From Paramoeba atlantica (Eukaryota > Protista > Discosea), in contig CDRNVI010000148.1 of assembly GCA_977017575.1 (NCBI GenBank), positions 283,041 through 347,040 of the forward strand: a DNA stretch of 64,000 bases, given 5' to 3'. This document shows positions 24,986 through 36,792 of the stretch, piece after piece (positions within the stretch are counted from its first letter, which is position 1; the number at the start of each line of letters is the position of its first letter). Under the pieces are notes generated by a model. It did not search any database. It was not told the origin of the DNA and saw nothing but the letters and a program-made list of their open reading frames with translations. The position numbers and the translations under genes are program-made.

Positions 24986-25157
24986 AAAAGAAGAAAAAAG
25001 TTGTTGTGATAATCTTTCTCAGTGTACGCTAATGTGAGAACAAACAAAAATAAATAAGAAAAAAAAATAGATTTATTTTTTGGATTATTTTTTGGATTAT
25101 TTTTTGAGATGAAAAAAAGAAAGAAAATTGTTTCAAAAAAAAAAGGAGATATATTTT

Positions 25158-26108
25158 TTAAACAATACCATCCATCCACAACGCATTCAAATTTTGAAAA
25201 GAATCAAAATCAATTTCCCTTTCCATCTCAGCTGCAAGTTCAGAAACATTCAAAAGAAGATGAGAATCTTGAGCACGATCAATAAGATTTCTTGCAAATT
25301 TCTCTTTTCCTTCCAAAACATATCTTTTTTCTCTCAAATCTTCCAAACGAGTTTGACTTTGTTCCAAGGCAATTTGAAGTCTTTCTCCCTCTTCTTCTTG
25401 TTCACGAATCGCAACACCCAAAAAATCGAGATGGGAGGTTACACTCTTCAATTTATCGAGAAGAAGAGCCCTTTTCTCTCTCGCAGCGACATTGATGGGG
25501 ATGATTTTGTGAGAATCATGGCTGACAATCTTACATTCCAAACAAACTAATTCAGAACATTCTGTACAGAAATATTTCAATTCTTGTTGGATATGAAATG
25601 AACAAGGAGGGTGGATTTCTGCCTCGGAGGGATCCACAAGTAAATGATTGAGAAAGATTCTCCCTCTGTGGTGGTTGACCAAGCAATTCGAACACATGAA
25701 AAGTTTGCAATTGTAACAATATCGATGTCCTTCATTTTCACAATCGAAACAAGTTTTGTCGATTGGTCCAAAAAAGTCATTTGGTGGTACATTCTTCTTC
25801 TCATCTCCTTTCTTTTCTGCCGCTGTCGGGTCGTATTTCGGGAGATGTTCTTTTGTTTGGACAATTGTATTATGGCGGCAGAGAGGGCAACAGATCTTCC
25901 ATGTCTTTTTGAAGCTCGAGTGAGTCACTTGAAGACAATCGAAACAAAACGCATGACCACACATTAATAGACGAGGATCTCGAAAATCATCGAAACAAAT
26001 GGCACATTTTTCTTCAGGAAAGTGCATAGGAATGCTCACAAAATCTCCCCCAGTTGTCGTTTCGTCTTGGCTAAAGGGCTCGACCGCCATTGGATTGGTA
26101 TCACTCAA
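25158..26108 (-). CDS. RING / B-box1 / B-box2 / coiled-coil (TRIM-like) E3 ligase, intronless
   Basis: CAICF..LMCGHAFCFDC..CPLCR; CFDCENEGHRYCYNCKLFMCSNC..H..H; CSFH..LKYFCTECSELVCLEC..HDSH; then a coiled coil. Confidence 0.92.
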   Translation of the reverse strand: MSDTNPMAVEPFSQDETTTGGDFVSIPMHFPEEKCAICFDDFRDPRLLMCGHAFCFDCLQVTHSSFKKTWKICCPLCRHNTIVQTKEHLPKYDPTAAEKKGDEKKNVPPNDFFGPIDKTCFDCENEGHRYCYNCKLFMCSNCLVNHHRGRIFLNHLLVDPSEAEIHPPCSFHIQQELKYFCTECSELVCLECKIVSHDSHKIIPINVAAREKRALLLDKLKSVTSHLDFLGVAIREQEEEGERLQIALEQSQTRLEDLREKRYVLEGKEKFARNLIDRAQDSHLLLNVSELAAEMEREIDFDSFQNLNALWMDGIV

Positions 26109-26459
26109 GATGATGTTGAGAAAAAGAAGAAAAAACTGAAAACCCCATCGCCATCACGACAGCAGTTACTACAATCCACCAAAAATGGTTCTGTTTTTAA
26201 ATTATTATTTCAATTTTTTTAAAGTGATTTTCTCGCTATTATAAAAAAATTAGGAAAAATCAAAAAAGGACGTGGAATTCAACGTGTTTGTTCTTTTGTG
26301 GTTGACACGTTTTGGTCTCCTCCCACTTTCGAAAAAAAATGAATGGGAGAATGAACAAAAAGAGAAATGGAATTGAACGTGTTGCTCCAAATGTCTTGCC
26401 ATTTTCAGAAGAGGTTCTTCTCTTTTTTGAATCTGACTTTTTCTGACTTAATTTGGCAA

Positions 26460-27006
26460 GTGAGTTCGAAGAAGTTTGAAGTCAAGATTCTTTTTGAAAA
26501 GATCAGGAAGAACCAAAACTGAGAAAGGGGGGAAAAAGGGAAATGTAGTTTTACAAAGAAAGAAGGACCGAGATATTTTCACCCAGAAAAGAGAGCCAAT
26601 TCTTGAAAAATTTCTTCATTTCACTGGAATTGCTTCTGAAGGTTTTCTTTTCTTTCCCCTCTTTCTTTTCTTGGTTCGGTTTGTCGTTGTACGAGTTGTT
26701 GGAAACTCTTCGTTCAATGAATTTTTAATATCTTCATTTAATTCTCCTTTTTCTTTTTTGAAGGTTGGAATTACAGTCAATTATCAAAGGATCAGGAATC
26801 GATGTGTTCAAAGCATCTTGCTCATCTGAGTATTCCAGTTATCTTTGGAATTGGTTTTCCTCTCCTTCTTTGAAAATTTGGAATTGGGTTTTCTCTTTCA
26901 TTTCTCTTGTTTTTATTTCTTTTCTTTTCTTTTTTCTTTGAAAAGGGTTTAAAGTTTTATTTTTAAACAGCTGGAAGTGAATATCAAACCAGCCAAAAGA
27001 TCCTGA
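26460..27006 (+). pseudogene. Inverted pseudogene copy of small gene X
   Basis: GKCSFTKKEGPRYFHPEKRANS*KISSF aligns to X1 GKYCFTRQGGGGIFFHPGKRGNYWKISSF (TGG to TGA). Introns, the GWNYSQ exon and the EVNIKPAKRS* exon are retained. The 3' flank 27007-27140 matches the reverse complement of ~18540-18680. 5' end approximate. Confidence 0.8.
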
Positions 27007-27194
27007 CATTGAAAACGAAACTGATTATTGAAAAATTAGTTGAACGAATTTTGATGTGTCCAATCCACCAAAAACTTTTATTGGAGAAGAAACTGTTCCC
27101 AGGTTTTCTGAACGTTCCCACTTTTTTTGTTTCTGGGTTGTGTGGGGTTGTCAACTTATCTTTTGATCATTACTTTTACTTTGAATGTGTTTTT

Positions 27195-27764
27195 TCAAGA
27201 TCTTTTGGCTGGTTTGATATTCACTTCGCTCCTCTATGGAAAATAAAATTTATTTTAAGAAATAATAAAAAAAAAGAGAGACAAAAAACAAACTAATTCC
27301 AAAGAAAGATTCCAATAATCAAGATCTGTTGGGGAATCATGAGGATGAGTCAAACTCTTTGACCAGGATCCAAAAGGAGGATACATCGATTCCTCGTCAT
27401 TTGGAAGTTGACTGTAATTCCAACCTTCAAAAAGAAGAAGTTTTATTCTTTGATCTTGTCTTAAGAGAATAATTCTTTGAATTAAATCTAACACCAAATC
27501 AATTTCCAGAACAGAAGAAAAACCTGTAGAAGTAATTCCAGTATTTCTTCCACTAATTTTCCAATAACTCTTCCCACCCCATGTTCGCTCTGTATCAAAA
27601 TATATGGCTCCTTCCTTTCTTTTCTTCTCCCCATCACAATCCTGATCTTGTTTTCTTGTAAAACAATATTTTCCATTTCTAAGTTGTTGTTCAACAACAA
27701 ATTCTCCATCAACAACGCACACCTTTGCAGACCCTTTTATAATAATCGATTCAGACTCACTCAT
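27195..27764 (-). CDS. Small 3-exon protein, copy X2, divergent from Fsl D
   Basis: MSESESIIIKGS..NGKYCFTR..YWKISGRNTGITST|GWNYSQ..MYPPFGSW..LSLEL|RSEVNIKPAKRS*. Confidence 0.7.
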
Positions 27765-28039
27765 TATGTTTTTGTTCTTTCCACAACGACAAAAGTTCTG
27801 GAGTCAACAGAAACTCTTTCTCTTTTTGTTTTTTTCACCCAAAAAGAAAGAGTCAACAAAAAAAACAAAATCTTTTTCTTCTTATTTTAGAAATAAAAGG
27901 TTTTATCGCAGATAACTTTTGGGTGCGAATATTTTCAATCATTTTTATTGTGGGAGTGCGAACTATTCTCAGAATTTTTGTCTTTTTTTCTATTTTTGTT
28001 TCGCTCTCAGTTTTGTGTTGTCTGGGGGGAAGTTTGTGA

Positions 28040-29961
28040 ATGCGTTTGGCGTTCCTCTGTTGTTTGTTCTTTGTTATTCTTCTCCTTCCTTGTTCTTTTT
28101 GTGATGACGTAAAAGGATGTTTTCGTTATTCTCTTGAAAATGAATGCTCGATTGTGTTGACCGGGAATGTATCGATTGAAGAGAATGAACAAGAGGATTT
28201 CTTCAACCAGAATGTTTCCTTGGTTGTTTCAAACGTTCGAATGGTCCAAGAAAGTTGTCGAAGACCTTTTTTGTTTTATTATTGCCAATTAATGTTTGGA
28301 GGATTTTCATGTGAATCTTCTTCTCTTCAAGAACAACATTGTTTGGAACAAGAATCTTGTTTTCAAGTTTCTTCTCTTTGTTCTGATGATTTTCAACTCA
28401 ATTGTTCCCTCTCTTCCTCTCTCTCTCCTTCTCCTTCTCCTTCTCCTTCTCCAACAAATGGATGTGAAAGTGAAGTTGAAAGACAAATTGATGAAGTGAA
28501 AGAAACACCAATTAAGGTTGAAACATGTTTGAATGGATCAAAAGAGAGAATTGAATGTTGTCCAGATCCGTTTACTTTTGATGATAATGATGAATGTGTT
28601 GTTGAATGTTATCAATATCTTTTTGGACAATCTTTGGAATATTGGGTTCGAATTATCAGTTTTGTGTTCACATGGTTCTCTTTATTCACTTTCGGAGTTT
28701 CATTGATTCCTCTTTCTCTGATGACTGATTTAAGGTAAATTTTTACTCTTTTTTCTCGATCTTTTGGCTCATTGTTTCATTTTTGATTGTTGAGAAAACT
28801 TTGATTCTTGATGACTTTTCTCATTTTTCTTTCGAAAGGTATCCAAACAATGTCATTTTCCTATCTGAAGGAAGTCTCATTCTTGCGTGTTTATGTCTCG
28901 ATTGGTCAACTTTTGTTGGTTTGGTTTTTTTCATTTCAAAAAACAAACTCTTTCTGATTGATTAATATTGGGAAAAAGGTGGACCAGAATCTTTTGTTTG
29001 TGATGGGAAGAAGAATTATTGGAAATCAGTTGATTCTTTTCAATCCTCAACACGATCTGCCATTCAGTTTTCGCTTTATGTCTTATTTCTTCAATTGGGA
29101 TTTACTCATTGGCTTCTTCTTACCTTCAACTTATTTTGTCATTCAATGAGGTTCAAATGAAAATTGCCTTCTTTTTTATTCTTTTTTATTCTTACTCTTT
29201 ATTCATTCAGGCCATTTTCAGCATTCTTTGATAGATTTATTGAACAACCTGTAAACCCAAGAATTATTTATTTGATGGAAGGATTTTGTATTTGTTTACC
29301 AACTTCAACATTTTTAGGAACTTTAATTTATTGGTTGAACAACGAAAGCGATTCATTTTCTTTCAATTCAAAACTTTTACCATTGCCTGTTTATTCTCTT
29401 CCTTTTCAAGGGAGTGACCTTGTTTTGATTGGTCTTCTTGAAGTGCCAGGTATAGTGTACGCGTTCATCAGTTCAATTCTCTGTTTTGTTGCAACTGGTC
29501 TCTATCTTAAACGAGGAAGGGCAATTTTGTACTTTCAATGGTTTTTTTTTATTCCACACCATTTTTTCAGTGGAACTTCAGCGCTCTAACAAACACTGAA
29601 TAGGAGAACAATCCTCTTTTTATCCTTTGGAATGACAGTGTTCTTCTTTATGGTTTTTTACGTTGAGATAATGCGAAAACTATCGAATCAAAACATTGTT
29701 CATTTCATGGATTGTGTTGGTTCTCACCCTCAAGACAGTCCACCACCATGTGAGAGGCAGTATAACAATGGATATTCCTTTGTTGTTGAGTTTCTGGTAT
29801 TGGTTTCGGTTCCTGGATCTGGGTGTGTGATCCTTTTTTGGACCAATCCATATGTTTTTCTTTGGTGGAAAGAGTTAATCTTTTCACGAAGAATCTTGAC
29901 TTCATCAAACGAAGATTATCAGGAAATAGGCATCAATCGAGACTCTTCTTCGAATCTATGA
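28040..29961 (+). CDS. Fsl GPCR, copy D
   Basis: Same 5-exon structure, open reading after splicing; the signal peptide resembles copy A. Confidence 0.85.
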
Positions 29962-30285
29962 CCTCACTTTCGAAGTTATTGGAGTGAATCAATACTCTTC
30001 TTGACCTTGATTATGGATGGAAACCCACCTTTAAAAGACAAAAATATTTATTTAATTATTTACTTATGAAAGGGAAGGGAATCATCGTTTCGGAGATTTC
30101 TTTTGTTTTGGCTGAGCAGCAAAACTGATCGAACAATCCCTTCGAGAAAATAAAAAATTGAGGGAAACTTTTCTTATTCTTATTTGGATAAAATCGGTTT
30201 TGTTTCCACTAAGTCTTCTTCGAAGCTTTTTCGTATCAACTTCAGCCGCAAAAGTTGCGTTGTTTGGTGGTTTGGGGGTTTGTGG

Positions 30286-32195
30286 ATGGGTTTGGTGTTC
30301 CTCTCTTGTTGGTTCTTTGTTGCTCTTGTTCTTCTTCCTTGTTCTTTTTGTGATGACGTAAAAGGATGTTTTCGTTATTCTCTTGAAAATGAATGTTCGA
30401 TTGTGTTGACTGGGAATGTATCGATTGAAGAGAATGAACAAGAGGATTTCTTCAACCAGAATGTTTCTTTGGTTATTTCAAACGTTCGAATGGTCCAAGA
30501 AAGTTGTAGAAGACCTTTTTTGTTTTATTATTGTCAATTAATGTTCGGAGGATTTTCGTGTGAATCTTCTTCTCTTCAAGAACAACATTGTTTGGAACAA
30601 GAATCTTGTTTTCAAGTTTCTTCTCTTTGTTCTGATGATTTTCAACTCAATTGTTCTCTCTCTCCCTCTCCCTCTCCAACAACAACAAATGGATGTGAAA
30701 GCGAAGTTGAAAGACAAATTGATGAAGTGAAAGAAACACCAATTGGGGTTGAAACATGTTTGAATGGATCAAAAGAGAGAATTGAATGTTGTCCAGATCC
30801 GTTTACTTTTGATGATAATGATGAATGTGTTGTTGAATGTTATCAATATCTTTTTGGACAATCTTTGGAATATTGGGTTCGAATTATCAGTTTTGTGTTC
30901 ACATGGTTCTCTTTATTCGCTTTAGTATTTGCATCAATTCCTCTTTCTCTGATGACTGATCTAAGGTATTGTTGTTTCATTTTGTTGACTTTGAGAATCT
31001 TTTGTTTTTTGATGACTTTTCTCATTTTTCATATGAAAAGGTATCCAAACAATGTCATTTTTATTTGTAATGGGGGTTTTGTTCTCTCACTTTTGTGTCT
31101 CCATTGGTCAACTTTTGTTGGTTTGGTTTTTTTTTTACTTTTCAAAAAAACTCTTTCTTTTGATTGATATTGGGGAAAAGGTGGACCAGAATCTTTTGTT
31201 TGTGATGGAAAGAAAAATTATTGGAAATCAGTTGATTCCTTTCAACACTCAACACGATCTGCCATTCAGTTTTCACTTTATGTCTTCTTTGTTCAATTAG
31301 CATTTACTCATTGGCTTCTTCTCACCTTCAACTTGTTTTGTCATTCAATGAGGTTCAATTTCTTTTCCTTTTTCTTCCTTTTTCTTCTTACCATTCTTTT
31401 TATTTTCTTTCTTTTTCTGTTCTCATCCCTTTTCCTCTCTTACCATTCTTTGTATTAGACCATTTTCAACATTCTTTGTAAGATTTATTGAACGACCTGT
31501 AAACCCAAGAATTATTTATTTGATGGAAGGAATTTGTTTTTGTTTACCAACTTCAACATTTTTAGGAACTTTAATTTATTGGTTGAACGAAAACGATTCA
31601 TTTTCTTTCAATTCAAAACTTTTACCATTGCCTGTTTATGGTTTTCCTTTTCAAGGAAATGATCTTGTTTTGATCGGTCTTTTTGAAGTTACTGCTCTAT
31701 CCGTGATGTTATTCAGTTCAATCCTCTGTTTTGTTGCAATTTTTCTCTATCTTAAACGAGGAAGGGCAATTTTGTACTTTCAATGGTTTGGTTTTTATTC
31801 AACAATAATTTTTGTTGCTCTAACAAACACTGAATAGGAGATCAATCCTCTTTTTAATCTTTGGAGTGATTGCCTTATTCATTGCCATTCTTTATGCTGT
31901 GATAACTCTGAAACTCTCAAATAAGAACATTGTTCATTTCATGGATTGTGTTGGTTCTCACCCTCAAGACAGCCCACCACCATGTGAGAGGCAGTATAAC
32001 AATGGCTATTCCTTTGTCGTTTTATTTTTGGTGATGTTCTTACTTCCTGGGAGTGCGTGTGTGGTCCTTTTTTGGACCAATCCAAACGTTTTTCTTTGGT
32101 GGAAAGAGCTGATTTTTTCAAGAAGAGTTTTGACTTCATCAAAGAAGGATTATCAGGAAATAGGCATCAATCGAGACTCTTCTTCGAATCTATGA
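30286..32195 (+). CDS. Fsl GPCR, copy E
   Basis: Same 5-exon structure, open after splicing; the signal peptide resembles copy B. Confidence 0.85.
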
Positions 32196-32434
32196 CCTCA
32201 CTTGCTTTGTGAAATTCTACAATTCGTTTTCTCTTTTTTTCCTCATCTTCGATTCTCCTTCTTTGTAATTTATTATGATCGATTATTTGTTAATTATTTA
32301 TTGGTGCTATGGACAATAATATTATTGTTGTCTTATTTTCTCAACAAAAGGGACAATCGACGGTTTGTTGTGAACAATTTGGGTATTTTCGAATTTAATC
32401 AGATGGTGAAGGTGAAGGTGGTGGGCTTGGAGAT
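32024..32434. repeat. ~410-bp direct repeat, left copy (partner 36793-37203): Fsl 3' end plus the 3' tail of the secreted-protein family
   Basis: atttttggtgatgttcttacttcct...gtggtgggcttggagat aligns with few substitutions. Confidence 0.95.
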
Positions 32435-32548
32435 TTCAAAAAAGGTTCCGGCAACCACCCCTCACAAACAACAACCAACAACCTTCCCAACCAACCAAAG
32501 TTAAAGTAAAAATAAAGCCTTTATTACAATTTCTATCACTGTCCAAAA

Positions 32549-35500
32549 TTAATTGTCCTCAACGGTTGTAGAGCCAGACACACTCACACTACATAAAGGG
32601 AGCAAATTCTTCTCTTTCAAAGGCTTATGTCTATCTTGAAACAACCCAACATGAACAAAACCAATAACAAGGAGAAAGATGGAAAAGAACCACAACCACA
32701 GACCCACCATAGCCAAAATCCACGAGAAGAAAGGCTGGTCATTCAAGGCCAAGATGATGGGGATGAATATGATCATCAAGAACACAGCGTTGTACAACGC
32801 AAAGCCAATGTGTTTCGATTCAGAGAAGGCAGAGGGTAAACTTCTTGATTTCCATGCGAGGACAGCACTCACGAAAATGATTAAAAATTTGTACAGGACC
32901 AAAATAATAAAGAAGGGCAAGAAATGATCTGCAACACAGAGTGCGTGGTACTCTCCGTCCACCTTGCGAAGACCCTCTTTTGGGAGATCAATTGCACTCC
33001 AAATTATCAAGATGAAACAATCAATCAGGACCAGGATGACTGTGATGGCAATCAAGCGTCGACGGAGGGAGTTGATGGAAGGGAAGAAGCGTTCGTAGAC
33101 CAAGACTCTCCAGGCTCTGTATTGTTTGGAGATGAGGGAGGCGATGACACATCCTGAAGGGACGACGATCCACCATGGCAGCATCCCACACTTTGCGTCT
33201 GAGGGTTTTCCCAAGAGGAGGAAGACACTGTGATGGAGTGTTAGAAGGGAAAAAGGGAAAAAGGGAAAATGTAAAAAACACAAAAGGAAGGAGGGGCAGA
33301 CCTCGTCATCCCCCACAACACACTCAGATGAAACTGGACCAAAAAATCAAGACCAGCTACCCGAATCCGCCCTCGATCCCGCTTCCATATCAGGACCACC
33401 AGTGAAGCAATAACAGCCAAGCATGAGAGAGAGATCAGGACTGAAAAGGCTATGATCGCTGCGGGGACACTCGGGGAACATCCCTTCTCATCCTCCCAGT
33501 TATCACAATCAAGAATTTGGTCACAAACTGAGGGGAAGGAGTCAAAGGAGGAGAGGAGAGGAGAGGAGAGGAGAGGAGAGGAGAGGAGAGGAGAGGAGAG
33601 GAGAGGAGAGGAGAGGAGAGGAGAGGGAGGAAACAAACCAAGTACATCTTTGATGAAGAGAGGGTCATCTGTGAGATCTGGAGGGACGATAAGTCCAGTG
33701 AAGTCAAGAAACTTCGTCCCATTTGAACAAAACATATACCTAGGTTGGAATAAGAGAAGAAGAGAGCAGACCAGATATGGCAGAGAAAAAGAGAGAGAGA
33801 GGAAAAGGGGAAGAGAAAGGAAGGAAGGAAGGAAGGGAGAGAGGGAGAGAGGAAGAAGAAGAAAAAAGAAAGAAGACCTGTTTTCGATCTTTGTCTGGCA
33901 AAGATCTCCCTCAAAGCCTTCGAAACAGGTACATGTTGAATTCTCACACACTCCTATTATACAAATTCAATACACACAACAACATAACAACACACAACCA
34001 ACAACCAACAACCAACAACCAACAACCAACAACCAACAACCAACAACCAACAACAACACACTACAACACACCACAACACAACACAAAAAAACAAAGCAGA
34101 ACAAGGCAAAGAGAAGGGGAGGAAGAGGTAAGAATGAGTTCTCCCTCCTCTCCTCTCCCCACCTCTCTCCTTTCTTACCTTGTCCAAAACAATCATTGGG
34201 ACAATCCCAGAACCATTTGGTCCACTTTTCCCTATTTTCCTTCACCCAGCTGCAGGCAGCATCATAGTAGGTAAACCCTTCTAAAAATAAAAATTGTTAA
34301 TTTGACAAAGAAGACAAAAGAAGACAAAGAAGACAAGGAAAACGAGAAGACAGGAAGACAAGACAGGCAAGAAACCTGTGTAAGCATATTCAGCAAGCAA
34401 AAAGCGTTGGTCTGCATTTGACATTGTGAATGATTGGTAAAAATGGATGAGTTCAGGATCCAGATCTATTCGGTTGGACATCACCTTTACAACAATACTT
34501 TGCTCGTAATCACAATTGTATCCATTGTTCCACTACACAAGAGGTGTGAGTATTTCTTATTCATAATCAGAGAGAGAGAGAGAAAATATAAAACCAGATC
34601 ATCACATTCAATGCTGTAATAAGGGAGAGAAACACGATCCAAAAGGTAGTCATCAGCATTTGATGTGTTGACGTATTTGTGCCTGAGTGAAGAGACAGAG
34701 AAGAGGAGGAAATCCGAAAAGAAGAGAAGAAAAGATTCCAGGGAGAGAGGAGAGAGGAGAGGAGGAATGAGAGGAGGAATGAGAGGAGAGATTCAAAAAC
34801 AGAATTCAAGAGAGAATCCAAGAAGAGAGAAATCAAAAGAAGAGAGAGATTACTTTAAAAAGATTTCAGTGGGTTCCCAATAATAAAACAGAATAGGTTC
34901 TCTGGCCTCTACTTTCTTAATCCAAGCATCGATAATACCAGTTGCGTTAGAATAAAACACTGCCTCCAAACACAAATTACCATTCTCAATGACTTGGAGA
35001 GAGGCTTTGCTGTCAGCCCACTCTGGGGTGGCGGCTGCAAGATTGTGTCAAATGAGTTCAGATGTGAGGAGAGAGAAGGAGAGGGAAGAAGAAGTGTTGT
35101 GGAGAGGGGAGATATTGAGGTTTTTTAGGATTTTTTAGGGTATGTAAAAATAAGAAAGAATAAAGAAGAAAAGACAAACAAGCAAGTTCTCCCAAATTGC
35201 CCTGTGTAGCGTTTGAGTCGAGCAGGACGACATTATTGCAACTGAGTAAGAAATGAGAAATGAGACAACAACTCCAGCCCCCAACAAAAAATCCAAAAGC
35301 AAAAAAAAAAAAAAAAAAATCCAAAACTCTTTGAAACCACGAAAAGAAGCCAATTTGGGGAGAGCATTAAGCGCATACTGAGGCATAAACCAACCACTCC
35401 TCCCAACCACCCCAAGCGACCCAGCTAAAGTCAACGATCGATTCTCAAACCAAATTGGTGTAGGGACAGTCGCGTAAGCCCAAACCTCAAGATTCACATC

Positions 35501-35770
35501 TGTTATTCCCTCAGCCATTCCCAGATAGTCATAGTCACCCGTGGGGTCGAGTCTGACTGTGACATTGAACCCACCGTATTCTCTCAACAAAATCGCAGCC
35601 ACTTGGGCATTGATCGCGCTGCTGTCCCAATGAGAATAAGCGATTCCTGCAGTGGGAGTTTTTGTGACCGGCACAGGGTCCTCTAAACAACTCTTCCCTC
35701 CAGCTCTTTCCAACAAAAAATAGATTCCAACAAAGAAAAAAAGAAAATTTGTCAATCCCGTTGAACGCAT
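32549..35770 (-). CDS. Class C (GABA-B-like, 7tm_3) GPCR with OpuAC/ProX-type substrate-binding ectodomain, EGF and LDL-receptor class A modules
   Basis: HWDSSAINAQVA..ILL; GITDVNLEVW; GVVGRSGWF; PILFYYWEP; CDYEQSIVVKV; AACSWVKENREKW; CPNDCFGQ|GMCENSTCTCFEGFEGDLC; VCDQILDCDNWEDEKGC; 7TM with SKQYRAWRV and LPSAFSESKHIGFALYN. Confidence 0.88.
33548..33626. repeat. (GAGAG)n microsatellite, intronic
   Basis: Direct reading. Confidence 0.95.
33995..34052. repeat. (AACAACC)n microsatellite, intronic
   Basis: Direct reading. Confidence 0.95.
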
Positions 35771-35837
35771 GTGGCTTTTGACGAAAGACGATCAAGAAAA
35801 AGGATCAATCTTTGAGGTGACAATTTCTCAAACGGCA

Positions 35838-35895
35838 GGTTTTCCTTTCGGAACAGGAAGGTTTTCCTTTCGGAAAAGGAAAGTTTCCTTTCCCG
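35838..35895. repeat. 22-bp tandem repeat (ggttttcctttcggaaMagga) x2 plus a partial copy, just upstream of the class C GPCR
   Basis: Direct reading. Confidence 0.8.
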
Positions 35896-36057
35896 TCAAA
35901 GATAATCCGGGATTTTGAAAGATATTTTTCCAAATTTGGCAAATCAGGGTCTTTTCTCTGTTAGTCTATTTTATTTGGTGTTTCTAAAAATGAACCTCGA
36001 AACCAGGTCCGAATCGGTTGGGGCTCTAAAAACACCTGAAGGAAACATCTAAAATTT

Positions 36058-36778
36058 TCATTGAGAGGCGGAGGAGATCGGGCATGAAGGGCCGGTGAAG
36101 AAGAGAGAAGCTGGAGAAGAAAATTTTGGGATTTGAGGTTGGTAGTCCAACCAAAAATCCTTTCTCCAAGTTGTTATCTGAAGTTTTGCCGACTTCAAAA
36201 CGAGTGGATTTGAGACCTTCTCTCCTGAAATCTCAGGAACGAAGAGGGACGAGTTGTGAGCTCGGATGACAGCCCGCCAAGAAATGACATCTGCCTCATG
36301 GTTGATGAAAGAACGAGCACGTCCAGAGGTGATACCTCTTGCCAAGGACCAGATGGGAAGGGCTTCTTTAATTTGAAGTGGGAGAAGAGCATATTGACGC
36401 ACCATCGACAGCACACAGACCCGATAGCAGGGATGCGAGTTTGTAAACCACAGGAAGAAAAACAAGTCGAGCAGCATGAAGAAGCTGGTAATTTTTTGAG
36501 TTGAAGGCTTTCAGCATATTTAACTCTTCATGCCCTGAACCAAGAATTGGCAGAGTATTTTGATATTTTTCTTTTTTTTGGTCCGCGAGCAGAAACCTTA
36601 AGGAACCCGTCTGTGCAGATTGGTAAAATTGAACGATACTCACCACCACCAACTGGGAAATCGGTGATTATCTGATTGAGGATACGTTTCACACTTTCTT
36701 TACTCGAAGGTTTTTCATTCATGGGATCAGGACTCACACAAGTCGGGTCGACACTCTCCTTCGAATTGTGGAGCACAT
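36058..36778 (-). mobile_element. Degenerate, frameshifted relic of a putative transposase-like gene
   Basis: Intronless fragments in different frames: DPMNEKPSSKESVKRILNQI..RSILPICTDG and YQNTLPILGSGHEELNMLKAF. These recall (from memory) the NPnS..cDG..pGxGHxExN motif order of DUF6589-like putative transposon proteins. The relic abuts a rearrangement junction. Confidence 0.35.
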
Positions 36779-36792
36779 TTGGTGATGTTCCA

